Origin: an uncultured beta proteobacterium
Lineage (GTDB): Bacteria; Pseudomonadota; Gammaproteobacteria; Burkholderiales; Burkholderiaceae_C
Direction: 5' to 3'
Assembly (NCBI GenBank): GCA_963752295.1
Contig: CAVVXV010000012.1
Span: forward strand, 57,608 to 121,607
DNA: 64,000 bases
In this document: in pieces, positions 17,842 to 27,352 of the stretch
How positions within the stretch are numbered: position 1 is the stretch's first letter
Layout of the letters: every line of letters starts with the position of its first letter
The notes under the pieces: model-generated
The model's input: only the letters and a program-made list of their open reading frames with translations
The model's database searches: none
What the model was told of the DNA's origin: nothing
Made by a program: the position numbers and the translations under genes

Positions 17842-18888
17842 TCAGGCCGACGCGTCGTCGACGATCCGCCACGCCAGCGTTTCGCCGCCGCGCAGCGGCT
17901 TGAGCTGCGCATCGCCGAAGGGAACGGCCTCGGGCAAGGTCCAGGGCTGCTTGCGCAAGGTCACGTGCCGCGTGTTGCGCGGCAGGCCGTAGAAGTCGGG
18001 CCCGTGCAGGCTGGCGAAACCTTCGAGCCGGTCGAGCGCGCCGGCCGCCTCGAACGCCTCGGCATACATCTCCAGCGCGCCCAGGGCCGTATAGCAACCG
18101 GCGCAACCCACCGCATGCTCCTTCAGGTGGGCCGCATGCGGTGCGCTGTCGGTGCCGAGGAAGAAGCGCTCGTGGCCGGACGTGGCGGCCTCGACCAGGG
18201 CCTGTCGGTGCACCTCGCGCTTGAGCACGGGCAAGCAGTAGTAGTGCGGCCGGATGCCGCCCGTGAACAGGGCGTTGCGGTTGTAGAGCAGGTGATGCGC
18301 CGTGATCGTGGCGGCGCTGCGAGCGCCGGCCTGCGACACGTACTGCACGGCGTCTCGCGTGGTCACGTGTTCGAGCACGATCTTCAAGTCTGGAAACTCG
18401 GCGCGCAACGGGATCAGCTGCGTGTCGATGAAGGCCTTCTCGCGGTCGAAGATGTCCACCGCCGGGTCCGTCACTTCACCGTGCACGAGCAGCAGCAGCC
18501 CCTCGCGCTGCATGGCCTCGAGCGTCCGGTAGGTCTTGCGGATGTCCGTGACGCCCGCGTCGCTGTGGGTGGTCGCCCCCGCCGGGTAGAGCTTGACGGC
18601 GACGACGCCGGCCTCTTTCGCTCGCGCGATCTCCTGCGGCGGAAGCTGGTCGGTGAGGTACAGGGACATGAGCGGCTGGAATTCCTCCCCCGGCAGCACG
18701 GCCGCGCGGATGCGCTCCCGGTATGCCGCCGCCTGCGCGGCAGTCGTGACCGGCGGCTTGAGGTTGGGCATGATCAGTGCCCTGGCGAAGCGGTGCGCGC
18801 TGTGCGGAACGACGGTGGACAGCGCGGCGCCGTCGCGCACGTGCAGGTGCCAGTCGTCCGGCCGAATGATCGTGAGGCTCGACGTCAT
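17842..18888 (-). CDS. pyrC: Dihydroorotase
   Basis: RPDDWHLHVRD, IMPNLKPP, KLYPAGATT, CLPVLKRE and FLGTDSAPH motifs. Confidence 0.97.
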   Translation of the reverse strand: MTSSLTIIRPDDWHLHVRDGAALSTVVPHSAHRFARALIMPNLKPPVTTAAQAAAYRERIRAAVLPGEEFQPLMSLYLTDQLPPQEIARAKEAGVVAVKLYPAGATTHSDAGVTDIRKTYRTLEAMQREGLLLLVHGEVTDPAVDIFDREKAFIDTQLIPLRAEFPDLKIVLEHVTTRDAVQYVSQAGARSAATITAHHLLYNRNALFTGGIRPHYYCLPVLKREVHRQALVEAATSGHERFFLGTDSAPHAAHLKEHAVGCAGCYTALGALEMYAEAFEAAGALDRLEGFASLHGPDFYGLPRNTRHVTLRKQPWTLPEAVPFGDAQLKPLRGGETLAWRIVDDASA

Positions 18889-18997
18889 GGGGTGGATTTT
18901 CGCACTCGATGCATCCGCCGCAGTGTGCGCTGCGTATGTCGCCTCGCAACGGCCGGCATTGCCGAGCGCCCCCCCACGGCCGCCATGGAGGAATCCG

Positions 18998-19477
18998 ATG
19001 AGCACTTCACGTTTCGAACTCACGAGCCGCTGGCGCATCGGTGCGCCGATCGACGCCGTCTGGGCCGCCCTGCGTGCGACCGAGGAGTGGCCGCGGTGGT
19101 GGCGCTATGTGCGCGCCGTGAGGCCGTTGCGCGAGGGCGATGCCGAGGGCGTCGGGGCCGTCCACCACATCGAGTGGAGCAGCCGCCTGCCGTACGGCGT
19201 GGCGTTCGACGTGGAAGTGATCGAGGTCGACAGGCCGCGCCGGATGAGCGGCCGTGCATGCGGCGAGCTCGACGGGACCGGCACCTGGCTGCTGGCGCCC
19301 GAAGACGGCGCCACCGAGGTGCGCTACCTCTGGTGCGTGAACCTGGCCGCGCCGTGGATGCGCCGCATCGCGCCCCTGGCTGCGCCGGTCTTCCGGTGGA
19401 ACCACAACGGCGTGATGCGCGCCGGAGCCGAAGGCCTCGCCCGGCACCTCGGCGCCCCGCTCCTCGAGGCGAGCTGA
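18998..19477 (+). CDS. SRPBCC/polyketide cyclase family protein
   Basis: GGAGG RBS, APIDAVWAAL, WPRWW, GELDGTGTW and FRWNHNGVM motifs. Confidence 0.85.
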   Translation: MSTSRFELTSRWRIGAPIDAVWAALRATEEWPRWWRYVRAVRPLREGDAEGVGAVHHIEWSSRLPYGVAFDVEVIEVDRPRRMSGRACGELDGTGTWLLAPEDGATEVRYLWCVNLAAPWMRRIAPLAAPVFRWNHNGVMRAGAEGLARHLGAPLLEAS

Positions 19478-19635
19478 GCCCGTGGGTTCAGCACGGCACC
19501 CAGTCGCTCGGGGTTTGCCAGAAGTCCTTCAGCGGCCCACGACCTCGAGCCTGCTCGGGTCCGGCCGGCTCGTCCGCAGACCGAACCGCAGGACGTCGCC
19601 GCGCATGACGCGAAAGCGCCATCACCACTCGCCGT

Positions 19636-20556
19636 TCAGCGCGAGTCGTGGCTGAGGAAATTCCAGAGAGATTGGGCGACGGACTTGGCGTGGCGCGACA
19701 TGCCGGGACGTTCGCGGTAGATGCGGATCTCCATCGTCGTTTCGCAAGTGCCCGGGGCGGCCGCGCGGACCAGGCGCCCGCTCTTCAGCTCCGTCCTGAC
19801 CGAGCTGCCGGGCAGGAACGCGAGGCCGTGCCCTTCCAGCGCCATGGCCTTGAGCCCTTCGGCCATGTCCGTCTCGTAGATCGGATCCAGGTTCAGGGGC
19901 GATGGCGAGAGCTTGGCAATCAACTCCACGAGGCGGGCGAGGTAGGCACCCGACGCATAGCTCAGGAAAGGCACGCGCACGTTGGTCGCGGGCGGCAGGC
20001 GAAACAGAGGTTCGCCCTGCGAGTCCGGCTTCGCATACGGCGCCAGGGACTCGTGGCCGAGGCTCAGCATCTCGTAGCGGTCGGGGCTGAGCTGAAGCGG
20101 CTGCGACGCGTGGTGGTAGGCGATGAGCAGGTCGCAGCTTCCCTCGGTCATCTGCATCACCGCGTCGTGCACGTTCAAGGCGACGAGGCGGCTCTTCACG
20201 TCGCCGAAACGCCGGCGCAGGTCCATGACCCAATGCGGAAAGAAGCTGAAGGCGAGCGAGTGCGGCACGGCGAATTCGATCATGTCCTGGCCGCCCACCA
20301 GGTGGCTGCGCATCATGTTGCGCGTGGCCTGCAGCGCGCCGAGGATCTCGATCGCCTGGACGTGGAAGGTCTCGCCGGCCGGGGTCAGCCGCGTGGGATA
20401 GGACGAGCGGTCGACCAGATCCAGGCCGGCCCAGGCCTCCAGCGCCTGGATGCGACGGGAAAACGCAGGCTGGGTGACATGGCGAAGCTGCGCCGAGCGC
20501 GAGAAGCTGCGCGTTTCCGCCAGGCTGACGAAATCCTCAAGCCATTTGGTTTCCAT
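19636..20556 (-). CDS. LysR family transcriptional regulator (YjiE/HypT-like)
   Basis: METKWLEDFVSLAETRSFSRSAQLRHVTQPAFSRRIQALE helix-turn-helix followed by a LysR substrate domain. Confidence 0.93.
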   Translation of the reverse strand: METKWLEDFVSLAETRSFSRSAQLRHVTQPAFSRRIQALEAWAGLDLVDRSSYPTRLTPAGETFHVQAIEILGALQATRNMMRSHLVGGQDMIEFAVPHSLAFSFFPHWVMDLRRRFGDVKSRLVALNVHDAVMQMTEGSCDLLIAYHHASQPLQLSPDRYEMLSLGHESLAPYAKPDSQGEPLFRLPPATNVRVPFLSYASGAYLARLVELIAKLSPSPLNLDPIYETDMAEGLKAMALEGHGLAFLPGSSVRTELKSGRLVRAAAPGTCETTMEIRIYRERPGMSRHAKSVAQSLWNFLSHDSR

Positions 20557-22420
20557 GGACCATGCGCCCTCCGGACAGCGAGTCATCGTCGACGGAGCCG
20601 TCGTCTGACATCCCTTCCTGCCTCGACTGCTGCTGCAGTCGCCACATCTCGGCATATCGCCCGTCGCGCGCCAGCAGTTCGGCGTGGGTGCCGCGCTCGA
20701 CGATGCGGCCATGGTCCACCACCAGGATCTGGTGAGCATCGACCACGGTGGACAGGCGGTGCGCGATGACCAGCGCCGTGCGATTTCGCGCCACGCCCTG
20801 CAGCTCGGCCTGGATCGCGCGTTCGTTGGCCGAATCGAGCGCCGAGGTCGCCTCGTCGAAGATCATGATCGGCGGGTTCTTGAGCAGCGTGCGGGCGATC
20901 GCCACGCGCTGCTTCTCGCCGCCCGACAGCTTGAGGCCGCGCTCGCCGACCATCGTCTCGTAGCCCCTGGGCGTGGCCATGATGAAGTCGTGAATGCGCG
21001 CCGCGCGAGCGGCCGCCTCGACTTCGCCCGGCGTGGCGCCGGGCCTGCCGTAGGCGATGTTGTAGGCCACGGTGTCGTTGAAGAGCACGGTGTCCTGCGG
21101 CACGATGCCGATGGCCTGGCGAAGGCTGTCCTGCGTGACCTCGCGGATGTCCTGGCCGTCGATCTTCACGGCGCCGCCGGTCACGTCGTAGAAGCGGTAG
21201 AGCAGGCGCGCAAGCGTGCTCTTGCCCGCGCCGGAGGCGCCCACGACCGCCACGGTCCTGCCCGGCGGGATCTCGAAGCTCAGGTCGTGCAGGATCGGGC
21301 GCGCCGCCTCGTAGGCGAAGCTCACGTGCTCGAACGAGACGCGGCCCTGCGTCACCTGCAGCGCCAAGGCGCCCGGAGCGTCGCGAACCTCGCGCTCCCG
21401 CTCCATGAGCGTGAACATGCGGTCCAGGTCGGTCAGCGCCTGCTTGATCTCCCGATAGACCACGCCGAGAAAATTCAGCGGGATGTAGAGCTGGATCATG
21501 AATGCGTTGACCATGACCAGGTCGCCCAGCGTGAGTCGGCCGGCGACCACGCCGCCGGTGGCACGCCACAGCATCAGCACCAGCCCGCAGGCGATGATCA
21601 GCTGCTGCCCCGAATTGAGCAGCGACAGCGTGCGCTGCGACTTCAGCGCGGCACTGCGCAGGCGCCGCAGGCTGTCGTCGTAGCGGCTGGCCTCGAAGTC
21701 CTCGTTGTTGAAGTACTTCACCGTCTCGTAGTTCAGCAGGGAATCGATCGCCTTGCTGTGGGCGGTCGAGTCGAACTCGTTCATCTGCTTGCGAAACTGC
21801 GTGCGCCAGTTGGTCATCGAGATCGTGAACGCGATGTAGACCACCAGCGCGGCCACCGTGATGCCGGCGAACCAGGCGTCGAACTTGACCGCGAGCAAGG
21901 TGAGCACGAGGGTGACCTCGATGAGCGTGGGCACGATGCTGTAGAGCGAGTAGGAGATGAGCGAGTGCACCGCGCGCGTGCCGCGCTCGATGTCGCGCGT
22001 CATGCCGCCGGTCTGGCGCTCGAGATGAAAGCGCAGGCTCAGCGCATGCAGGTGCCGGAAGACTTCGAGCGAGATGGTGCGCGCGGCGCCCTCGGTCGCG
22101 CGCGCGAAGATCAGCTCGCGCAGCTCGGTGAACAGCGTCGTGGACAGGCGCAGCGCGCCGTAGGCGACGAGCAGCCCGATGGGCACCACCAGCACCGCTC
22201 GCACGTCTCCGGGCGGCAGGGTCAGGTTGTCGACCAGCCGCTTGAGCAGCAGGGGCACGCCCACGTTGGCCAGCTTGGCGCCCACCATGAAAGCCAGCGC
22301 CAGGAACACGCGAACGCGGTACTGCCACAGGTAGGGCAGCAGCTTGCGCAGCGTCTGGGCGTCGGAGTGCGCGCGGGGCACGGTGACGCTGGGGCCGGCG
22401 TCGTGGGAAAGGCGTCGCAT
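20537..22420 (-). CDS. atm1: Atm1/ABCB7-like ABC exporter (permease + ATPase)
   Basis: FHLERQTGG, DSLLNYETVKYF, PLNFLG, GASGAGKS, LSGGEKQR and DEATSALD motifs. Confidence 0.9.
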   Translation of the reverse strand: MRRLSHDAGPSVTVPRAHSDAQTLRKLLPYLWQYRVRVFLALAFMVGAKLANVGVPLLLKRLVDNLTLPPGDVRAVLVVPIGLLVAYGALRLSTTLFTELRELIFARATEGAARTISLEVFRHLHALSLRFHLERQTGGMTRDIERGTRAVHSLISYSLYSIVPTLIEVTLVLTLLAVKFDAWFAGITVAALVVYIAFTISMTNWRTQFRKQMNEFDSTAHSKAIDSLLNYETVKYFNNEDFEASRYDDSLRRLRSAALKSQRTLSLLNSGQQLIIACGLVLMLWRATGGVVAGRLTLGDLVMVNAFMIQLYIPLNFLGVVYREIKQALTDLDRMFTLMEREREVRDAPGALALQVTQGRVSFEHVSFAYEAARPILHDLSFEIPPGRTVAVVGASGAGKSTLARLLYRFYDVTGGAVKIDGQDIREVTQDSLRQAIGIVPQDTVLFNDTVAYNIAYGRPGATPGEVEAAARAARIHDFIMATPRGYETMVGERGLKLSGGEKQRVAIARTLLKNPPIMIFDEATSALDSANERAIQAELQGVARNRTALVIAHRLSTVVDAHQILVVDHGRIVERGTHAELLARDGRYAEMWRLQQQSRQEGMSDDGSVDDDSLSGGRMVHGNQMA

Positions 22421-22462
22421 CGTGGAAGAATCGGGCGGTCAACCAGCAGGAGGTGAGGCACT

Positions 22463-22900
22463 ATGCCCGAGATTGCAAGTCAGCATGAAAACCTGGTCCC
22501 CGAGGGCATGGCGCCGCTGAAGTTGCCGGCCGACCTGGACCTGGTGCTGCGGGTCATGCCGATGCCGGCCGACGCCAATGGCAACGGCGACATTTTCGGG
22601 GGCTGGATCATGGCCCAGGTGGACCTGGCCGGCGGCGTACTCCCGTCGCGCATCGCCAAGGGACGCATCGCCACCGTGGCCGTGAACCAGTTCGTCTTCA
22701 AGCAGCCCGTCTCGGTGGGCGATCTGCTGAGCTTCTACGCCCGCGTCGAACGCATCGGCCGCACGTCCGTCACCGTGCACGTGGAGGTCTACGCCGAGCG
22801 CAACCCGGCCGATCTGCACGTGGTCAAGGTGACCGAAGCCAGCCTCACCTACGTGGCCATCGACCTGGACGGCCGGCCTCGATTGATTCCCAAGCCCTGA
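22463..22900 (+). CDS. Acyl-CoA thioesterase (YciA-like hotdog fold)
   Basis: MPADANGNGDIFGGWIMAQVDLAG motif, AGGAGG RBS. Confidence 0.92.
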   Translation: MPEIASQHENLVPEGMAPLKLPADLDLVLRVMPMPADANGNGDIFGGWIMAQVDLAGGVLPSRIAKGRIATVAVNQFVFKQPVSVGDLLSFYARVERIGRTSVTVHVEVYAERNPADLHVVKVTEASLTYVAIDLDGRPRLIPKP

Positions 22901-22960
22901 GGCGCCCCGGAATCGCCCGCCACCCGGAACCACGGCCATTTCTGCCCGATCGAAGCGTCC

Positions 22961-23605
22961 ATGTCCGAACCGTTCCCCAACCGTGAAGAGGCCGGACGAA
23001 GGCTGGCCGAGCGTCTCATGGGCCACCGCGGCGAAGACCTCGTGGTGCTCGCGCTGCCGCGAGGCGGTGTTCCGGTGGCCGCGGAGATCGCCCGCGCCCT
23101 GCAGGCGCCGCTGGACCTGCTGCTCGTGCGAAAGATCGGCGTGCCTTGGCAGCCGGAGCTGGCCTACGCGGCGGTCGTCGACACCAACCCGCCCGAAGTC
23201 GTCGTCAACGAGGACGTGGCTCGCTTCGCCCCGATGAGCGCAGACGCGCTGGCCGAGGCGACACGCGACGAAGTGGCCGAGATGGAGCGCCGCCGGCGCG
23301 TGTACATGCCCGGACGCACGCCGCTGGAGGTGGCGGGGCGCACGGTCATCGTCGTGGACGACGGCCTGGCCACCGGCACCACCGCGCGCGCCGCCCTTCG
23401 CGGATTGCGCCGCCGCCGGCCGGCGAAGCTGGTGCTTGCCGTGCCGGTCGCGCCCGAAGACACCGTGCGCGACCTGGCCGGCCTCGTCGATGAGCTCGTG
23501 TGCCTGGACATGCCCGAGCCGTTCCGTGCCATCGGGCTCCACTACGAAGACTTCCATCAACTCGACGACGGCGAAGTGCTGCGGATCCTGGGCCAGTTTC
23601 GCTGA
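22961..23605 (+). CDS. Phosphoribosyltransferase family protein
   Basis: LPRGGVPVA, VRKIGVP and IVVDDGLATG motifs. Confidence 0.9.
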   Translation: MSEPFPNREEAGRRLAERLMGHRGEDLVVLALPRGGVPVAAEIARALQAPLDLLLVRKIGVPWQPELAYAAVVDTNPPEVVVNEDVARFAPMSADALAEATRDEVAEMERRRRVYMPGRTPLEVAGRTVIVVDDGLATGTTARAALRGLRRRRPAKLVLAVPVAPEDTVRDLAGLVDELVCLDMPEPFRAIGLHYEDFHQLDDGEVLRILGQFR

Positions 23606-23662
23606 GCCCATGTCGCCGGGCCCATTGCGCCGGGCCCATGTTTCGCCGAGCCGCCCCGCCCG

Positions 23663-24496
23663 TCAGTCCACGAAGAAGTCCGGAATGAACTCCGTGGTCC
23701 CAGGCACCACGCTGTACCCGTCCAGGTCGGTGATGCCGTGCTGGGCCAGCAGCGTGTCGTCGATGAAGAAATTGCCGCTGACGCTGCGAGCATCGCTGGT
23801 GAGCACGAGGTAGGCGGCGTCGGCCAGGATCTCGGGCTTGCGGCACTTGTCGATCTCCACGCCGGGGATCATCTGCAGTGCCGCAGTCGCAATCGCGGTT
23901 CGCGGCCACAGGCTGTTGACCCCGATGCCCAGCGGCCGGAATTCGCCTGCATGGCCGAGCGTGCATTCGCTCATGCCGTACTTGGCCATCGTGTAGGCCA
24001 CGTGGTGCTTGAACCAGTGCTGCCGCATCGACAGCGGCGGGGACATGTTCAGCACGTGCGGATTGCGCCCGGCCTGTGCCGACTTCACCAGATGAGGCAG
24101 GCAGGCCTGGGTGCAAAGGTAGGTGCCGCGAACGTTCACGCCGAACATCAGGTCGAACCGCTTCATCGGCGTGTCCGGCGTGGACGTCAGGCTGATCGCG
24201 CTCGCATTGTTGACGAGGATGTCGATGCCGCCGAAGGCGTCCACGGCCGAGCGCACCGCGGCCAGCACGCTCTGCTCGTCGCGGATGTCCGTCTGCACGG
24301 CCAGTGCCTTGCCGCCGGCCTCGACGATTTCCGCGGCCGCCGAATGGATCGTCCCTGGAAGCTTTGGATTGCTCTCCACGGTCTTGGCCACGATGACCAC
24401 GTTGGCCCCGTCGCGCGCTGCGCGCTTGCCGATGGCCAGGCCGATGCCGCGCGATGCGCCGGTGATGAAGAGGGTCTTGCCACTGAGGGTCGTCAT
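23663..24496 (-). CDS. SDR family oxidoreductase (HSDL2-like)
   Basis: TGASRGIG, NNASAI, YTMAK and NSLWPRTAIAT motifs. Confidence 0.92.
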   Translation of the reverse strand: MTTLSGKTLFITGASRGIGLAIGKRAARDGANVVIVAKTVESNPKLPGTIHSAAAEIVEAGGKALAVQTDIRDEQSVLAAVRSAVDAFGGIDILVNNASAISLTSTPDTPMKRFDLMFGVNVRGTYLCTQACLPHLVKSAQAGRNPHVLNMSPPLSMRQHWFKHHVAYTMAKYGMSECTLGHAGEFRPLGIGVNSLWPRTAIATAALQMIPGVEIDKCRKPEILADAAYLVLTSDARSVSGNFFIDDTLLAQHGITDLDGYSVVPGTTEFIPDFFVD

Positions 24497-25221
24497 GCGC
24501 TTGTCTCCAGCCGCAGAAGCGGTCTTCGGGCGATGTGGCTGGCGAGCACCTCACCGCAGGACCTGTACACCGGCTCGCCCGGGTGAAATCCGTCGGACGC
24601 CATGGTCGAGGCGTCGAGTTCGAGGTCGATGGGCACATGCGACACGTCGTCGCGCGTGGCTGCCCAGACGGCCACCGCGGCATCGTGGCGGCGCGCGTCA
24701 CGCCCCATCATCCACCGCAGAGGCTGCGGCAACAGCGGAAAGCGATGGACAGGCGGCATCGCGGCAAACGCGACATGCCGCACGCCGGCGTGCTCCAACA
24801 GCCAGTCGGCCAGCGCGGCACGATGCGAGACCGCACGCCGCGGCGGAACCTGGTCGATCACGTCGTTCACGCCGAGCACGACCACCGCCACATCCGCGCG
24901 ATCCGGCCGCTCATGTCGAACCAGTTCCAGCGCCTGCGCCGAGGTGATGCCCGCCCGCGCCACCAGTTGCCATTGCACGCGTGTGCCGGCGTGCTGCGCC
25001 AGCCGGCGCGAGAGATGGCCCGACAACGCGATGTCCTGCGTCGCGACGCCTACCCCCGCCGCGGACGAGTCGCCCACGATGAGCAGTCGCCACAGCGCAC
25101 CCTCGCCGACCGATCCACGCCGCGGGCCAGTGGCCTCCGGCAGCCGGGGCGCCCGCCGCCGCGTCCGCACCGCCTGCGCGAACAGCACGGGCGACAGCAG
25201 GAGCTTCAATGCAATGGACAT
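24493..25221 (-). CDS. SGNH/GDSL hydrolase
   Basis: VGDSSAAG, LGVND and DGFHP motifs. Confidence 0.9.
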   Translation of the reverse strand: MSIALKLLLSPVLFAQAVRTRRRAPRLPEATGPRRGSVGEGALWRLLIVGDSSAAGVGVATQDIALSGHLSRRLAQHAGTRVQWQLVARAGITSAQALELVRHERPDRADVAVVVLGVNDVIDQVPPRRAVSHRAALADWLLEHAGVRHVAFAAMPPVHRFPLLPQPLRWMMGRDARRHDAAVAVWAATRDDVSHVPIDLELDASTMASDGFHPGEPVYRSCGEVLASHIARRPLLRLETSA

Positions 25222-25243
25222 TCAGGCGATCGGGCAGTGCCGT

Positions 25244-26008
25244 TCAGGAGAACTGCGAGAAATCGGGCTTGCGTTTCTGGAAGAACGCGCTGAAGGCCTC
25301 GCGCGCTTCCGGGCTGCCGAGCCGCTCCCCGAAGACGCTCGCCTCGGCATCGATGGTCTCCAGCACACGGTCGCCGATGCCGCGGCGCATCAGCCGCTTG
25401 CTCTCGCGCACGGCGGCCGGTGGCAGTGCGTTGAAGCGCTCTGCCATCCGGCGGGCGTGGTTGACGACTTCGGCCGCGGGCAGCACCGCGTTCGCCAAGC
25501 CCAGCTCGACAGCCGCGGCCGCGCCGAACGGCTCGCCCAGCAGCAGTTTCTCGGCCGCACGCACATGCCCGATGATCCTCGGCAGCAGCAGGCTGGACGC
25601 GAATTCGGGAACGAGCCCGAGGCTCGTGAAAGGCATGGCCAGCCGGGCCTCGTCGCTCAGGTAGACGAGGTCGCAGTGAAGCAGCATGGTGGTGCCGATG
25701 CCGATCGCCGCGCCCGTCACCGCGGCGACCACCGGCTTGTCGCAGCCGGCAAGCGCCTTCATGAAGCGGAACACCGGCGAATCGCCACCCTGCCGCGGGC
25801 GCTGCATGAAGTCCTCGAGGTCGTTGCCGGCGGTGAAGATGCCCGGCTGCCCGGTGATGAGCACAGCACGCACCGCGCCATCCGCGGCGGCGGCGCGCAG
25901 CGCCTCGCCCATCGCCGAGTACATGTCGACGGTGATGGCGTTCTTCTTCTCGGGCCGGGCGATCTCGATGGTCGCCACGCCGTTCAATATCGCGGTCTTG
26001 ATGGTCAT
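25244..26008 (-). CDS. Enoyl-CoA hydratase/isomerase
   Basis: RPEKKNAIT, FTAGNDL, KPVVAAVTGAAIGIG and LGLVPE motifs. Confidence 0.92.
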   Translation of the reverse strand: MTIKTAILNGVATIEIARPEKKNAITVDMYSAMGEALRAAAADGAVRAVLITGQPGIFTAGNDLEDFMQRPRQGGDSPVFRFMKALAGCDKPVVAAVTGAAIGIGTTMLLHCDLVYLSDEARLAMPFTSLGLVPEFASSLLLPRIIGHVRAAEKLLLGEPFGAAAAVELGLANAVLPAAEVVNHARRMAERFNALPPAAVRESKRLMRRGIGDRVLETIDAEASVFGERLGSPEAREAFSAFFQKRKPDFSQFS

Positions 26009-26050
26009 GCGGGTCTCCGTGTGGGGTGCAGGGGCTGCGTTTGGATGCGC

Positions 26051-26090
26051 TCAGACGCGTTCAGACGCGTTCAGACGCGTTCAGACGCGC
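26051..26090. repeat. 10-bp tandem repeat (TCAGACGCGT)x4 covering the thiolase stop codon
   Basis: Four units; the last contains the thiolase TGA (26081-26083, minus strand). Confidence 0.92.
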
Positions 26091-27277
26091 TCGAAGATAC
26101 CGGCCGCGCCCTGGCCGGTGCCCACGCACATCGTGACCATGCCGTACTTGAGGTCGTGGCGGCGCAGCGCATGAACGACGGTGGCCGCGCGGATCGCGCC
26201 AGTGGCGCCCAGCGGATGGCCGAGTGCGATCGCGCCGCCCATCGGATTGACGCGCGATCGGTCGATATCGAGCGTGTTCAGCACGGCGAGCGCCTGCGCG
26301 GCGAAAGCCTCGTTCAGCTCGATCCAGCCGATGTCGTCCTGCTTCAGCCCGGCATAGCGCAGCGCGGCCGGGATCGCCTCGATCGGACCGATGCCCATGA
26401 TCTCGGGCGGCACGCCGCGGCTGGCAAAGCTGACGAACCGTGCCAGCGGCTTGAGATCGAACTGCCTCACGATCTTCTCGCTCACGACGATGAGGGCGCC
26501 CGCGCCGTCGGAGGTCTGCGAGCTGTTGCCCGCGGTCACGCTGCCCTTGGCGGCAAACACCGGCTTGAGCCTGGCCAGGCCTTCGAGCGAGGTGTCGGTG
26601 CGCGGGCCTTCGTCGATGTCCACGCGTCGCGTCTTGACGGATGTCTCGCCGGTGGCGAGATCGGGAAAGCGGTCGATCACCTCGACAGGCGTGATTTCGT
26701 CGGCGAACTCGCCCGCCGCGATCGCCTTGAGCGCCTTCTGGTGCGACTGCAGCGCGAACTCGTCCTGCGCCTCGCGGCTGACCTTCCATTGCTGCGCGAC
26801 CTTCTCGGCGGTGATGCCCATGCCGTAGGCAATGCCGATGTTCTCGTCGTTCTCGAACACCTTGGGGTTGAACGACGGCTTGTTGCCGCTCATCGGCACC
26901 ATGCTCATCGATTCGACGCCGCCGGCGATCATCACATCGGCCTCGCCCACGCGGATGCGGTCGGCCGCCATCTGCACGGCGGTGATGCCCGACGCGCAGA
27001 ACCGGTTGACGGTCACGCCGCCCACCGAGCGCGGCAGGCCGGCGAGCAGCGCGCCGATGCGAGCGACATTGAGGCCTTGCTCGCCCTCGGGCATCGCGCA
27101 GCCGATGATGGCGTCCTCGATGGTCTGCGGGTCCAGCGAAGGCACCTGGCGCAGCGCGCCCTGGATGGCGGCGACAAGCAGGTCGTCAGGCCGGGTGTTC
27201 CTGAAATACCCGCGGCCCGACTTTCCGATCGGGGTGCGGGTGGCGGCGACGATGTAGGCTTCTTGAACTTGCTTCAT
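26081..27277 (-). CDS. fadA: Acetyl-CoA C-acyltransferase (thiolase)
   Basis: NRFCASG, NEAFA, GHPLGATG and TMCVGTGQG motifs. Confidence 0.95.
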   Translation of the reverse strand: MKQVQEAYIVAATRTPIGKSGRGYFRNTRPDDLLVAAIQGALRQVPSLDPQTIEDAIIGCAMPEGEQGLNVARIGALLAGLPRSVGGVTVNRFCASGITAVQMAADRIRVGEADVMIAGGVESMSMVPMSGNKPSFNPKVFENDENIGIAYGMGITAEKVAQQWKVSREAQDEFALQSHQKALKAIAAGEFADEITPVEVIDRFPDLATGETSVKTRRVDIDEGPRTDTSLEGLARLKPVFAAKGSVTAGNSSQTSDGAGALIVVSEKIVRQFDLKPLARFVSFASRGVPPEIMGIGPIEAIPAALRYAGLKQDDIGWIELNEAFAAQALAVLNTLDIDRSRVNPMGGAIALGHPLGATGAIRAATVVHALRRHDLKYGMVTMCVGTGQGAAGIFERV

Positions 27278-27352
27278 CTCGGATCCTCGGGATGCTCCTT
27301 TCCGCTGGCCGGAAAGGATGGATAGGGTCGGTCGGTGCGTTCGGTGGCTCGT

